A stretch of DNA of 64,000 nucleotides from a bacterium (lineage in GTDB: Bacteria > Patescibacteriota > Minisyncoccia > Minisyncoccales > GWA2-46-15), in the NCBI GenBank assembly GCA_030693425.1, contig JAUYAM010000005.1, positions 12,950 to 76,949 of the forward strand, written 5' to 3'. Under the pieces are notes generated by a model, which made no database searches, was not told where the DNA came from, and worked only from the letters and a program-made list of their open reading frames with translations. The position numbers and the translations under genes were made by a program. Positions 32,115-41,523 of the stretch are shown piece after piece; the first letter of the stretch is position 1; each line of letters opens with the position of its first letter.

Positions 32115-35042
32115 CTATGCTAATCTCCTTAACACGCCTTTTTCTATTCTGTATCTTCCTCCCCTAATGCGATCCTTGATATCCAGAGTGTCGGTGTCTT
32201 TACGGACAATGCCTGCATCGTATTTTACCCGGATCGGCCTGCCTTGGCGCGTCGTATCCTTTAGGAACATGGGGGGGGCTTTCTCGTCTTTTGCCCTAAT
32301 TCTTTCCTGTCCGGACATCGGGCTGGGGTATCTTTCATAAGGAGAATTTGTTCCGTCTTCCCATTTCAGGGTAGTTGCCCCCTTGACCGTGCCGGCAACC
32401 TCGACCCCTGGTTTAAGCGAATGAGGATCTAACTGTTGCCGTGGATCGTTTGTGGCAGGAGAGAACGATGAAGGGCCTGTCGCTGGCGGTTGGGGGCTAG
32501 TCGGCGGTTGTGTCCCGATAGGAGGAATTGGCGGCGTTCCGCTAACAAATTTTCCGCCCGTTGGAGTTTTTATAGGCTTTATTCCAGAGGGAACCGCTGG
32601 GACCGCTAATCCGGACGGGGTTGTTACGTAACCAGTAGTCGCTCCAGAAACTGGCGTTGGAGGTGCCACAGGCGGGACAACAGGCGGAGGCGGTGTCGGC
32701 GGCGGAGGTACATACGGCGGTCCTCCAGCTCCGCAGCGCGGGCACGGTATTCCTGAAGGAGTTGTCCCCCCACAAAACGGACAAGTGGTTATCGTATGCA
32801 ACCAGTCTGGCTTGGCGATTTTGCCGTTAGCGAAATTTACATATTCATTAAGTTTGCCACGATCATTTAGCAATACTGGCTGCATGTTTTCATTAACAAA
32901 CGGCTGGTTATTTTGATCTTTCGCTACCTGGAATCCATACATATCCTGGTTGTGATTGATTGTGTCTCTTAACACTTGGGAATTTCTCTTTGCCATGTTC
33001 CAGCTGCCGTTGCCCTCGACCCAGGCGGCGAGCTTGCCTCCTCGCTCCGGGCCGAATTTTTCATAAAAAGCTTTGATGTGACTTGAACCTCTGAAGCGGG
33101 CTATTTTTGACAAAATTAGAGGATCGTCCGCCGATTCTCCCGACAACTGGCGTATGGCTTCTTGGTCTAAGCCCTTGACCGTTCTATCAAGAGACCAGGT
33201 TTGGGCAATGGCCTGGTAAAGAGGATCAGTTTTTCCGGCGGTGATAACTTGGTCGATAGTTTGGCTTAAGTCGGCCAATCGGGTAGTTCGCCATCCGGAA
33301 AACTCTTTATCCAGATACGCAACTGTCGCTTTTTCGTCGTCGGTTTGGTTTGCCACCGCTTTTGTTGATAATTCCCGAAACTCTTTTAAGACGGAATCCA
33401 TTTCGTCCTTATGTTCTTTCTTTGACGGATCGAGAAAGGTATCCCAGACGACTTTCTCTCTTGACAGCTGGATTACATCAGAAGTCGTTTCCCTAAGATG
33501 TCTTCTGGAGTATTTAGCCTGGGCGGTCAACCCCTTTTTCCTTAATTCTTCAAGAGCGGCATCCCCGGGCTTAAACAGGCCAGCCTCTCCTTTTTTCTTG
33601 GAAATCAAAGCAGTCGCCCCCGCCGCCCATAGATCTCTTTCTAGAGGTAAGAACCTGCCTTGATTTACGAGTAGTTTGGCTCCGGTATAATCTTCCTGGT
33701 CGACTAGCTGGTTGAGAGTTTTATCTTCCATAATTTTATCAATTTGGGTAGGAACGTCAGCTTTCTGTTTTTTCGCCTCAAGGGCGCCCCTTTTAGCCAG
33801 CCATGTCAAGCCCTTGCCGGGCAGGCTTTTGCCAAAATCCGCTTTCTCCGCGCCCTCAATAATACTAGTTGCGGTTTTAGTCGAGAGAATTTCTCTTTTA
33901 AGGCGTTCGGTTCCCCTGCCAATCACCTCTTTGCCTTTTGCGGTGCCTTTTTTAATGCCTTTCATGGCTAGGCCTTGTACGCCCCTGGCCGCGCTCGGGC
34001 CAAAGCGTTTGGCCGTAGACATGATGGCGCTGGCGCCGATAGCGCCGCTTGACAGACTGCCAAAAAAGCCAAAAGCAAGCAGAGCCTGGACAACCACATA
34101 CCTCATGATCGTGTTAAAGTCAATGACCGGCAGGAGCCCGAGAGTGAGAGCGCTTATCCCGGCGGGAATGGGCGGGATTGTCGGGTCGGTATCCACCAGC
34201 ACGAGCAGCTGTTCGGCCAGATAAAGGAAAAAAGCGGCGGAAACGCCGACAAACGACCATTGGAGAAACTGGTTCCACCAGGCGGAAAAGTATTTCCTAG
34301 TCGTCGGTAAGACATTAGCGAAGAAAGCCAGCGGAGAAAGAATGACCAAAATCCAGATGGCGACATAGCGCATTATGAAAAGGAAAGAGTAAAGAACCAG
34401 AAATAGGGCGGTAACGGTATTGAAGAAACCCATGGCCATGCTTCTGAAGATTATATCTATATGACCGGTCAGGTAACCGGGGAGGCTGGTAAAAGAGTTT
34501 TTGAGAGCGGCGTATTGAGAGACAGAGATCTCGACCAATGTATCAAAACTGGAAACGCCCTCGATAAAGAAATTCATGACAATATTGGCAGCGTCGACAA
34601 TCAGGCCGCAGATGGCCGGGGTGAAGTTCACCAAAAGGATCATCGCTATCAGCAATGGCAGGGTTTTTTTGGCGTGATATTCTCCTAATCTCAAGGCAGT
34701 CGCCAAGCCAATGACAACCAAGGCGAAAATGAATCCCATATTAGCCAGGTCCCTGGTGATCGCCCAGCCAGGAGCGACAATGCCGCCGGAAGTGTAAGGA
34801 AGAGTGATAAAGTACGGGCTGCTGACCAGTTGAAACAACAGGTTGGCGAATAATACAACCACCAAGCTGACGCCGACAAAAAACTGGAGGCTCATGGCGA
34901 GAATCGAACCGCCGATGGCTGCGGCTAAGACTCCGAAATAGGCCTGGCCCTGACTAAGAGGAATAGCCAGCCCGAACAGGACTAAGGCTAGCAAAGAGAC
35001 TTTTGTTGATAGCGAAACTTTTTTAAATAAAGAGTTTTTCAT
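32115..35042 (-). CDS. giant polytopic VirB6/TrbL-like membrane protein with zinc ribbon and poly-proline C-terminal region
   Basis: 975 aa. About 8 TM helices in the first ~370 aa, a ~330-aa helical soluble region, CPFCGG..CPRCG, then PPYVPPPPTPPPPVVPPVAPPTP and a ~150-aa C-terminal domain. Confidence 0.6.
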   Translation of the reverse strand: MKNSLFKKVSLSTKVSLLALVLFGLAIPLSQGQAYFGVLAAAIGGSILAMSLQFFVGVSLVVVLFANLLFQLVSSPYFITLPYTSGGIVAPGWAITRDLANMGFIFALVVIGLATALRLGEYHAKKTLPLLIAMILLVNFTPAICGLIVDAANIVMNFFIEGVSSFDTLVEISVSQYAALKNSFTSLPGYLTGHIDIIFRSMAMGFFNTVTALFLVLYSFLFIMRYVAIWILVILSPLAFFANVLPTTRKYFSAWWNQFLQWSFVGVSAAFFLYLAEQLLVLVDTDPTIPPIPAGISALTLGLLPVIDFNTIMRYVVVQALLAFGFFGSLSSGAIGASAIMSTAKRFGPSAARGVQGLAMKGIKKGTAKGKEVIGRGTERLKREILSTKTATSIIEGAEKADFGKSLPGKGLTWLAKRGALEAKKQKADVPTQIDKIMEDKTLNQLVDQEDYTGAKLLVNQGRFLPLERDLWAAGATALISKKKGEAGLFKPGDAALEELRKKGLTAQAKYSRRHLRETTSDVIQLSREKVVWDTFLDPSKKEHKDEMDSVLKEFRELSTKAVANQTDDEKATVAYLDKEFSGWRTTRLADLSQTIDQVITAGKTDPLYQAIAQTWSLDRTVKGLDQEAIRQLSGESADDPLILSKIARFRGSSHIKAFYEKFGPERGGKLAAWVEGNGSWNMAKRNSQVLRDTINHNQDMYGFQVAKDQNNQPFVNENMQPVLLNDRGKLNEYVNFANGKIAKPDWLHTITTCPFCGGTTPSGIPCPRCGAGGPPYVPPPPTPPPPVVPPVAPPTPVSGATTGYVTTPSGLAVPAVPSGIKPIKTPTGGKFVSGTPPIPPIGTQPPTSPQPPATGPSSFSPATNDPRQQLDPHSLKPGVEVAGTVKGATTLKWEDGTNSPYERYPSPMSGQERIRAKDEKAPPMFLKDTTRQGRPIRVKYDAGIVRKDTDTLDIKDRIRGGRYRIEKGVLRRLA

Positions 35043-35075
35043 CTTATATTATCTTTTAAATTAAAACTCGATTCT

Positions 35076-36119
35076 TCATTCTAGCACAAAAGTTTTAGTC
35101 AAAGCCAGCCAGTTTTCAAGGCTGAGGGATTCAGCCCTGGCATTTGGTTCCAGCTTGTTTCCTAAAAGCCAATTCTTAATCTGACTTTTTGGCAACCCAA
35201 GTCCGGAGGCCAAGTTGTTAACTAGCTGTTTTCTCGGCTGGGAAAACCCAGCCTTCACAATTTTAAAAAATAATCTTTTGTTCTTCTCATTGAGAAAACA
35301 GTTATTTGTTCGGGTAATCTGTATGCCTTTTTCACGACCGTGAGATTCTTGCACCGATTGTTTTTGCCATTTTTGCGGAGTGATCTTTATAATAGCCGAG
35401 TCTACCTTGGGCTTTGGCCAAAAAGCGTTTTTAGAGACATAGCTGATAATTTTTGCCTCTGCGTAAAATTGAACCGAAATTGCCAGGAGATTCATTTTGG
35501 GCTTGGCACCCCGTCCTGAGCCCGTCGAAGGACAAATTCTTTGAGCCACTTCTTTTTGGACCATTAAGACCATCAGCTCGGGCGGGCAAGGCAATTCAAG
35601 CAAACAACGGATAATATGAGTAGCGGCATAGTAGGGCAAATTCGCCACGACCTTGTATTTAGTATCTGGTATCTTGTCCCTCGATTTCACTCGGGACAAC
35701 CCTGAGCTTGTCGAAGGGTTGTATCTAGTATTCGACGGCGATCGTATATTTTTCATACTAGATACTAAATACTCAATACTAGATACTAGTTCGCGGGCGT
35801 CGCCTTCAACAATTTCCACGTTTCTATTATCTTTAAACTTTTCTTTGAGCAAAGGTATCAGCCGGGGGTCTTTCTCTATGGTGACCACCCGACCCGCTTT
35901 TTGAGCCAGTTTTTCGGTCAAAACCCCCAAGCCCGGGCCGATTTCCAGGACCAGGTCGCCGGTTTTCAAGTCGGCAGCCTCGATTATCTTGTTCAAGACG
36001 CTTTTTTGGCGGAGAAAATGCTGACCAAGGTGCTTTTTGGGTTTAAGAACTCGACCAGCCTCGCTGGTATAGAGCTGGAGAACCTGTGGATGGCTGATTT
36101 GACTAGGCGGTTTTCTCAT
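35076..36119 (-). CDS. rsmA: 16S rRNA (adenine1518/1519-N6)-dimethyltransferase with two in-frame repeat insertions
   Basis: 347 aa (typical length ~260-290). Motifs LGQHFL, LEIGPGLGVLT, VANLPYY. The extra 45-aa and ~8-aa segments coincide with the repeat elements. Confidence 0.9.
   Translation of the reverse strand: MRKPPSQISHPQVLQLYTSEAGRVLKPKKHLGQHFLRQKSVLNKIIEAADLKTGDLVLEIGPGLGVLTEKLAQKAGRVVTIEKDPRLIPLLKEKFKDNRNVEIVEGDARELVSSIEYLVSSMKNIRSPSNTRYNPSTSSGLSRVKSRDKIPDTKYKVVANLPYYAATHIIRCLLELPCPPELMVLMVQKEVAQRICPSTGSGRGAKPKMNLLAISVQFYAEAKIISYVSKNAFWPKPKVDSAIIKITPQKWQKQSVQESHGREKGIQITRTNNCFLNEKNKRLFFKIVKAGFSQPRKQLVNNLASGLGLPKSQIKNWLLGNKLEPNARAESLSLENWLALTKTFVLE
35505..35531. repeat. short GC-rich element inserted in-frame in ksgA
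   Basis: ggcaccccgtcctgagcccgtcgaagg, encoding PSTGSGRGA on the minus strand. It shares the CTGAGC..GTCGAAGG core with the 35655-35789 element. Confidence 0.6.
35655..35789. mobile_element. 135-bp MITE-like insertion in-frame in ksgA (inverted heptamer arrays flanking two hairpins)
   Basis: Left arm gtattta gtatctg gtatctt. Core GTCCCTCGAtttcacTCGGGAC plus AACCCTgagcttgtcgaAGGGTT. Right arm catacta gatacta aatactc aatacta gatactag, the inverted heptamers. 135 nt equals 45 codons. Confidence 0.75.
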
Positions 36120-36214
36120 GATATTCTAATAGATTAAAAAGAGATTGTATTATTTTACGCTTTTTTAAGAAAATCCCCAACTTTTCGCTGGGGAAGCAAA
36201 TAGCCAGTCATATT

Positions 36215-37261
36215 TTGGGATCTCGGCAGGACCCCTTGATTTATTTGGGGAGCGTCGCCTTTGTTTTGTTATTGGCGATCCCCCTTTTGCCAGGACTGCC
36301 CGGAGATTCCTTTTCCGCCAGCTTGCCTAGAACTTCTCCCAATGCCGGAATTAATCAGGACTTTACCATCGGCCCTTCAGCCGGGGTTTTCCAATCGCCG
36401 GATTTCTATCTGATACAGAAAAACAGCCTTAAAGCCGTTTCGCCGGCAGGAACGATCAATCCCCAGGTTTTGGCCACCCTTTTGGATAGCGTAGAAGGAA
36501 CCGAGGACGACCGAAGCGGCATTGTTGAATACTTAGTCAAAGAAGGTGATACTCTGTCGTCAATCGCCGAACAATTCCAGATTTCTCTGGAAACGGTTTT
36601 ATGGGCCAACAACTTGAATAAGAATTCGGCCATCTCTACCGGCAAAAAGCTGGTGATTTTGCCTGTCTCCGGAGTCATGCATCTGGTCAAGCCGGGAGAA
36701 ACCCTGGGAGAGATAGCCAAAAAGTACAAAGCAGACGTAAAGAAAGCGATCGATTTCAACGAAATGAAGGACGAGAACGAGGTTTTTACCGGCGATATCG
36801 TTATTGTTCCCGACGGCATTCTTCCCCCGCCTCCAATAGCCTCGTCTCCTGTTAAACTGGCGCCTTTGGTCGCCGGCTATTTCATCTGTCCGATTTCAGC
36901 TCCCTGCCGGATTACCCAGGGGTTGCATTGGTATAACGCCATTGATTTCAGCCACGGCAAGTGCTATGAACCGATTTTTGCGGCGGCCTCTGGCAAAGTC
37001 CAAAAAGTTAAGCTGACCGCTTCGGCGTCCCGCTGGGCCTTTAATGGAGCCGGCAATCATCTGACGATTTTGCATCCCAACGGAGTCGTCAGTTTTTATG
37101 GGCATATCGCCAGCGCCACGGTTTATCCAGGTCAAGAAGTTTCCCAGGGGCAGATCGTCGGCTATGTCGGCGGAGCCTATGGCATGGCTGGATCGGGCTT
37201 GTCAACTGGCTGCCACTTGCATTTCCAGGTAACGGGAGCTAAAAATCCTTTTACCAAATAG
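36215..37261 (+). CDS. LysM-domain M23 peptidase
   Basis: 348 aa. Two LysM repeats (YLVKEGDTLSSIAEQF; HLVKPGETLGEIAKKY) and M23 motifs (AIDFSHG, FYGHI, GCHLHFQV). Non-ATG (TTG) start in the track. Confidence 0.85.
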   Translation: MGSRQDPLIYLGSVAFVLLLAIPLLPGLPGDSFSASLPRTSPNAGINQDFTIGPSAGVFQSPDFYLIQKNSLKAVSPAGTINPQVLATLLDSVEGTEDDRSGIVEYLVKEGDTLSSIAEQFQISLETVLWANNLNKNSAISTGKKLVILPVSGVMHLVKPGETLGEIAKKYKADVKKAIDFNEMKDENEVFTGDIVIVPDGILPPPPIASSPVKLAPLVAGYFICPISAPCRITQGLHWYNAIDFSHGKCYEPIFAAASGKVQKVKLTASASRWAFNGAGNHLTILHPNGVVSFYGHIASATVYPGQEVSQGQIVGYVGGAYGMAGSGLSTGCHLHFQVTGAKNPFTK

Positions 37262-37325
37262 GAATACCTGTTTGCTGACGATTCCGCGGAACGAGAGCGA
37301 TACCTGCTCCCGTTTTTGTTTTCAA

Positions 37326-37358
37326 TAAAAACCCCCTTAGCTCTTTTGAGGGGTTTTG
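37326..37358. terminator. bidirectional hairpin terminator candidate between convergent genes
   Basis: aataaaaaCCCCCttagctcttttgaGGGGttttga: the G/C stem is flanked by an A-run and a T-run. Confidence 0.5.
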
Positions 37359-37383
37359 ATTGAGAGATTTTGGGTTCGCGGTC

Positions 37384-37743
37384 TTAGCTTTTGCACTTTC
37401 TACAGATCGCAGCTTCCGGTATAGCCTCCAGCCTTTCCCGGCCGATTTCCTTGTTGCAGATCTTGCAAATGCCGTATTGGCCGCCTTTTATCTTTTCTAA
37501 GGCAGTATTGATTTGAGTCAGCCTGGTTTCCAAAGCTCTTTCTATCGGCAGGAGGTTTCCGTATTCTTCAACTTCGTCGGCTTCTTCTTCAAGACTTCCC
37601 CCCTTGAAATTGGGGAAAAAAGTATCCCAGTCGCCTTTAAGTGATCTGTCTTTCTTGGCAAAGTTCTCCAGCTCTTTTTCAAGATTCTTTTTTTCCTGCT
37701 CCAGGCGGCTTCTCATTTGTTCGACAAAAGTTTTCTCAAACAT
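37384..37743 (-). CDS. DksA/TraR-family C4 zinc-finger protein
   Basis: 119 aa. Coiled-coil N-terminus and C-terminal CKICNKEI..(x)..CRKC. Confidence 0.8.
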   Translation of the reverse strand: MFEKTFVEQMRSRLEQEKKNLEKELENFAKKDRSLKGDWDTFFPNFKGGSLEEEADEVEEYGNLLPIERALETRLTQINTALEKIKGGQYGICKICNKEIGRERLEAIPEAAICRKCKS

Positions 37744-37755
37744 AGTCTCTCTTAA

Positions 37756-38736
37756 TTAGTTAGTTTCCGCCGGATTTGTTTTCAAAAAGTCGATTGTCTT
37801 CATTATGCTTTCTCCGGAAGAGGTGATAATCAGATAATCTTTGTAGATCGCCCAGCAGATCCCGAGATTTTTTTCTTGGAAAGAAAGATAACGAAAAAAG
37901 GTGCCGCCGTAGCTCGTTTGCTTAAAAATAGAACCCGTGGCGGAAGCTTCTTTGCCGAGGGCGCCAAAGAAATTAGCAAAATCTTTGACCATAGTCTTTT
38001 CCCAGGTTCTGACTGCCTGGTCGGCAGACTCCTTGTCTTTGAGTTTTACTATCAATCCCAACCCCTTATTGCTTTTGCCCCTGGCATAGAGGAAAAAGTC
38101 GAAATCTTCAGTTTTGTCAGAGGCAGACTTGAACAGGCTTTCAGGAGACTTTAAACCAAGGCCGTCAGAAAAATCTTTTAAATTGAAATAGCGATTGTCT
38201 TTTTCCGGCAGTAGTTCAAAAAACTCTGGGCTATTCTCGCTTACGAGAACGGCTTTTATAGTTTCAGAAAGCTGGGTTTTGAGATCGCTTTCGGGGACAA
38301 TTCTGACAATCTTTATTTCCTTGACCGAGATGATTGGCGAGGGGGGAATCAGGGGATTGGCCGATTCTGAAGGGGTCGGGCTGGGCGACGGGCTAGATAA
38401 AGGACTAGGTGATGGCGAAGGCTGGGGCCGACTCCTTTTTATCACCAAGAACCAATAACTAAAAGAAACTAAGAATAGGAATCCCAAAAAAACCAGGACA
38501 ACGAGGACGCGAATGAGAGCTTTCTTCCAAGGAGGAGATCTTTTGATTTTCGGCGGCAGAGGGATTCCTTCATAATCTTTATTTTCGAGGACGGGCTCTG
38601 GGACAATTGTTTGCGAGATTCTTTCTCTTTCAAAAGGCGCTTGCCTAGGCCCTTCCTCGGCTTTGTTAATGCCGGTGATTCGCTGTCTTTCCTTGATCGC
38701 TTCTTCTTCTTGAAGGAGGGCGAGGTCCTTGGCCAT
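37756..38736 (-). CDS. hypothetical membrane-anchored protein with Ser/Pro linker
   Basis: One TM, PSPSPSPLSSPSPSPTPS linker, ~190-aa C-terminal domain. Start moved to ATG 38736 (MAKDLALL) to avoid overlapping the pnp stop. Confidence 0.55.
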   Translation of the reverse strand: MAKDLALLQEEEAIKERQRITGINKAEEGPRQAPFERERISQTIVPEPVLENKDYEGIPLPPKIKRSPPWKKALIRVLVVLVFLGFLFLVSFSYWFLVIKRSRPQPSPSPSPLSSPSPSPTPSESANPLIPPSPIISVKEIKIVRIVPESDLKTQLSETIKAVLVSENSPEFFELLPEKDNRYFNLKDFSDGLGLKSPESLFKSASDKTEDFDFFLYARGKSNKGLGLIVKLKDKESADQAVRTWEKTMVKDFANFFGALGKEASATGSIFKQTSYGGTFFRYLSFQEKNLGICWAIYKDYLIITSSGESIMKTIDFLKTNPAETN

Positions 38737-38740
38737 TGTC

Positions 38741-40882
38741 CTAATCTCTCCTCTTTTGAGGAAAACGAGTTTCTCCTTCATGGTTTTCTTGTTTTAACAT
38801 TGCTTTCAGAGATAGATTGGTTCTCCCCTGCTGGTCAATGCCGATCACTTTTACGGGGACGACGTCTCCGATCTTAACGATGTCTTCCACTTTTCCCACC
38901 CGGTAGTGAGCCAATTCGGAAATGTGGATCAGCCCTTCCTGGTTTGGCAGAAATTCCACCATGGCTCCGAAATCAAAGATCCGGCTGACTCTGCCCTTGA
39001 AAGTTTCGCCAACCTTGGCTTCGTGGGTGATGTTTCCGATCCACTCAAAAGCTTTTTTAGCAGCGTCTTCGGTTTCAGCAGTTATGAAAATAAGGCCGGT
39101 TTGCTGAATGTCGATTGCCGCTCCGGTTTGGGCGATGATTTCATTGATGATTTTCCCCCCGGGGCCGACGACGTCGCGGATCTTGTCTGGATTTATCTGC
39201 AAAGTTAAGATGCGCGGAGCAAAAGGTGAAAGTTCTTTTCTGGGCTCGGCAATGGTCTTTTCCGTAACGTCTAAAATTTCGTTTCTCGCTTTCTTGGCTT
39301 TTTCTAAAGCCTCGGCCATGATTTTCTGGGTGACGCCAGTTGTCTTAACGTCCATTTGCAGGGCGGTAATTCCGAGTCTCGTGCCAGCCACTTTAAAATC
39401 CATATCGCCGTGATGGTCTTCTGGCCCCTGGATGTCGGTCAAGAGAACGTATTTCCCGCTATTTTCGTCCATGATCATGCCAATGGAAATGCCGGCGGCT
39501 TGCCGCTTAATCGGCACGCCAGCGTCCATTAAAGCCAGAGAAGAGCCGGAAACCGAGGCCATTGAGGTCGAGCCGTTGGAAGACAGAATTTCTGAAACCA
39601 CCCTGATAGTGTAGGGAAACTCTTCAAAACCGGGAATGAGGGGCAAAAGAGCGCGCTCCGCCAGCATGCCGTGGCCAATTTCTCTTCTTCCGGGGCCCCT
39701 CATGGGCTTGACTTCACCCACAGAGTAGGGAGGGAAATTATAATGATGCATATACCTTTTTTTACCCGTGATTTCCATGCCCTCGAGTATCTGCTGGTCG
39801 CCGGGCGCTCCCAGAGTCAGGATAGACAAAGCTTTTGTTTGGCCGCGGCAGAAGAGTCCCGATCCATGGGTTCTCGGCAGCAAGCCGACCTCGCAAGAAA
39901 TTTCCCTGACTTGGTCAAGCCGCCTGTTGTCCGAGCGAATCCCTTTTTCCAATATATTTTCCGTTAGGACGCGGTCTATTTCTTCGTCGAAGATCAGAGA
40001 AAGATTGACATTGCTTTCGGGGTATTTTTCTTTGACAAAATCGGCCAGTTCCTGCTTAAGGCTTTCTTCCGCCAGCTGCTTTAAAGCCCTGTTGTTTTGA
40101 GCTAGCAAGAGTTTTATTTTTTCATTAAGGAATTCCCTGGCCGCTTGTTTCAAGTCATTGTTTTCCGGCCTTGTCTCCAGCTTTGTTTTGGCGATCTTTG
40201 AAGCGATTTGTTTTTGCAAATCAATAATTTGCTTCAGGTAAGGTTTGGCGAATTCAACCGCGTCGAGAACCGAATCCTCATTAGCTTCTGCTCCTTCGCC
40301 CTCAAGCATGTTCACGATCAATTCCTCTCCTTTAAAATCGCCGGAAATCACCATCTGAAACTTGATTTTTTCTTCAACGTCGCTGGTTGGGTTTAAGACG
40401 TATTCATTTTCAATCTGTCCCACCCTAACCGCGGCTAACGGTCCTTGCCAAGGAATATTAGAAGTCGTTAAAGCCGTAGAGGCGGCAATAATGCCTAAAG
40501 TATCTGGGTCATTTTGTCCGTCCCAGGATAGGACAGTGGTCACTACCTGGACTTCGTGGCCGAAATTATTCGGGAAACGCGGCCTAATAGTGCGATCAAT
40601 GAGCCGGGCGTTGAGAATGGCTTTGTCTGAAGGACGGCTTTCTCTTTTGATATATCTCGGCCCCTTGATCTTTCCGGCGGCGTAATACCTTTCTTCGTAT
40701 TCCACGGTCAAGGGAAAAAATCCTTGAGAGCCAGATTGGTTCGTGGAAGCGACGGCCGTGGCCAACACCAAAGTATCGCCGTATCTGACAAAAGCGCTGC
40801 CCGAAGCTTGTTCGGCAATGTCGCTGATTTCAATTACGAGTTTTCTATTTGCCAAATCTAATTCAAACTTTTGTGATTTCAT
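38741..40882 (-). CDS. pnp: polyribonucleotide nucleotidyltransferase (PNPase)
   Basis: 713 aa. Two RNase PH domains, KH (VVGPGGKIINEI) and S1 (GRVSRIFDFGAMVEF). Confidence 0.97.
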   Translation of the reverse strand: MKSQKFELDLANRKLVIEISDIAEQASGSAFVRYGDTLVLATAVASTNQSGSQGFFPLTVEYEERYYAAGKIKGPRYIKRESRPSDKAILNARLIDRTIRPRFPNNFGHEVQVVTTVLSWDGQNDPDTLGIIAASTALTTSNIPWQGPLAAVRVGQIENEYVLNPTSDVEEKIKFQMVISGDFKGEELIVNMLEGEGAEANEDSVLDAVEFAKPYLKQIIDLQKQIASKIAKTKLETRPENNDLKQAAREFLNEKIKLLLAQNNRALKQLAEESLKQELADFVKEKYPESNVNLSLIFDEEIDRVLTENILEKGIRSDNRRLDQVREISCEVGLLPRTHGSGLFCRGQTKALSILTLGAPGDQQILEGMEITGKKRYMHHYNFPPYSVGEVKPMRGPGRREIGHGMLAERALLPLIPGFEEFPYTIRVVSEILSSNGSTSMASVSGSSLALMDAGVPIKRQAAGISIGMIMDENSGKYVLLTDIQGPEDHHGDMDFKVAGTRLGITALQMDVKTTGVTQKIMAEALEKAKKARNEILDVTEKTIAEPRKELSPFAPRILTLQINPDKIRDVVGPGGKIINEIIAQTGAAIDIQQTGLIFITAETEDAAKKAFEWIGNITHEAKVGETFKGRVSRIFDFGAMVEFLPNQEGLIHISELAHYRVGKVEDIVKIGDVVPVKVIGIDQQGRTNLSLKAMLKQENHEGETRFPQKRRD

Positions 40883-40920
40883 TGAAAATTAATTTATTTT
40901 CTTAATAAGAACCTGCCTCG

Positions 40921-41523
40921 CTAACGCTCGACAGAACCTTGATTCCTCGCTTTGCTCGGAATTAGGTAAACGCGAGGAGAGGCTTCTAGGTCAATGAATC
41001 CGTCGGCCGATTCTTTTAATTTTGCCGAGGCAGATCGGCTAAAAGCCAGCACTTCCACCCTTTTGCCTTGGTTTTTTAAGTATTCTACCAGCGGGATAAA
41101 ATCGCCGTCGCCGGAGCAAAGGCAAACGACGTCGCAGCTGGGCGCGGTTCTGACCGCGTCAATGACAATACCGACGTCCCAGTCAGCTTTTTTCAGGCCG
41201 CCGTAAAACTCCTGAAGGTCTTTGACCCTGGTTTCGATTCCCAGTTTTGCCAAGGCTTCGAAAAACGGCTTTTCCTCTCCGGTTTTGGTCCTAACGACGT
41301 AGCCGAAAGCCCGGATCAGCTTTCTGCCGGCGACAGCGGTTTTCAAGATCTCGGCAAAGTTGACCCTGGCTCCGTAAAGGTTCTTGGCAGAATGGTAGAG
41401 GTTCTGGATATCAAAAAAAACCAGAACCCGCTGTTCCTTGTGTTTTAACGAGATTTCCGGCAAGGGAGGAGACTCACTTTCCCAGTCCGACCTTCTTTGA
41501 GATTTCGTTGTATCTTTTTTCAT
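40921..41523 (-). CDS. NYN/LabA-like domain protein
   Basis: 200 aa. [53 protein letters not shown]. The annotated start overlaps the rpsO 3' end by 50 nt. Confidence 0.75.
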   Translation of the reverse strand: MKKDTTKSQRRSDWESESPPLPEISLKHKEQRVLVFFDIQNLYHSAKNLYGARVNFAEILKTAVAGRKLIRAFGYVVRTKTGEEKPFFEALAKLGIETRVKDLQEFYGGLKKADWDVGIVIDAVRTAPSCDVVCLCSGDGDFIPLVEYLKNQGKRVEVLAFSRSASAKLKESADGFIDLEASPRVYLIPSKARNQGSVER

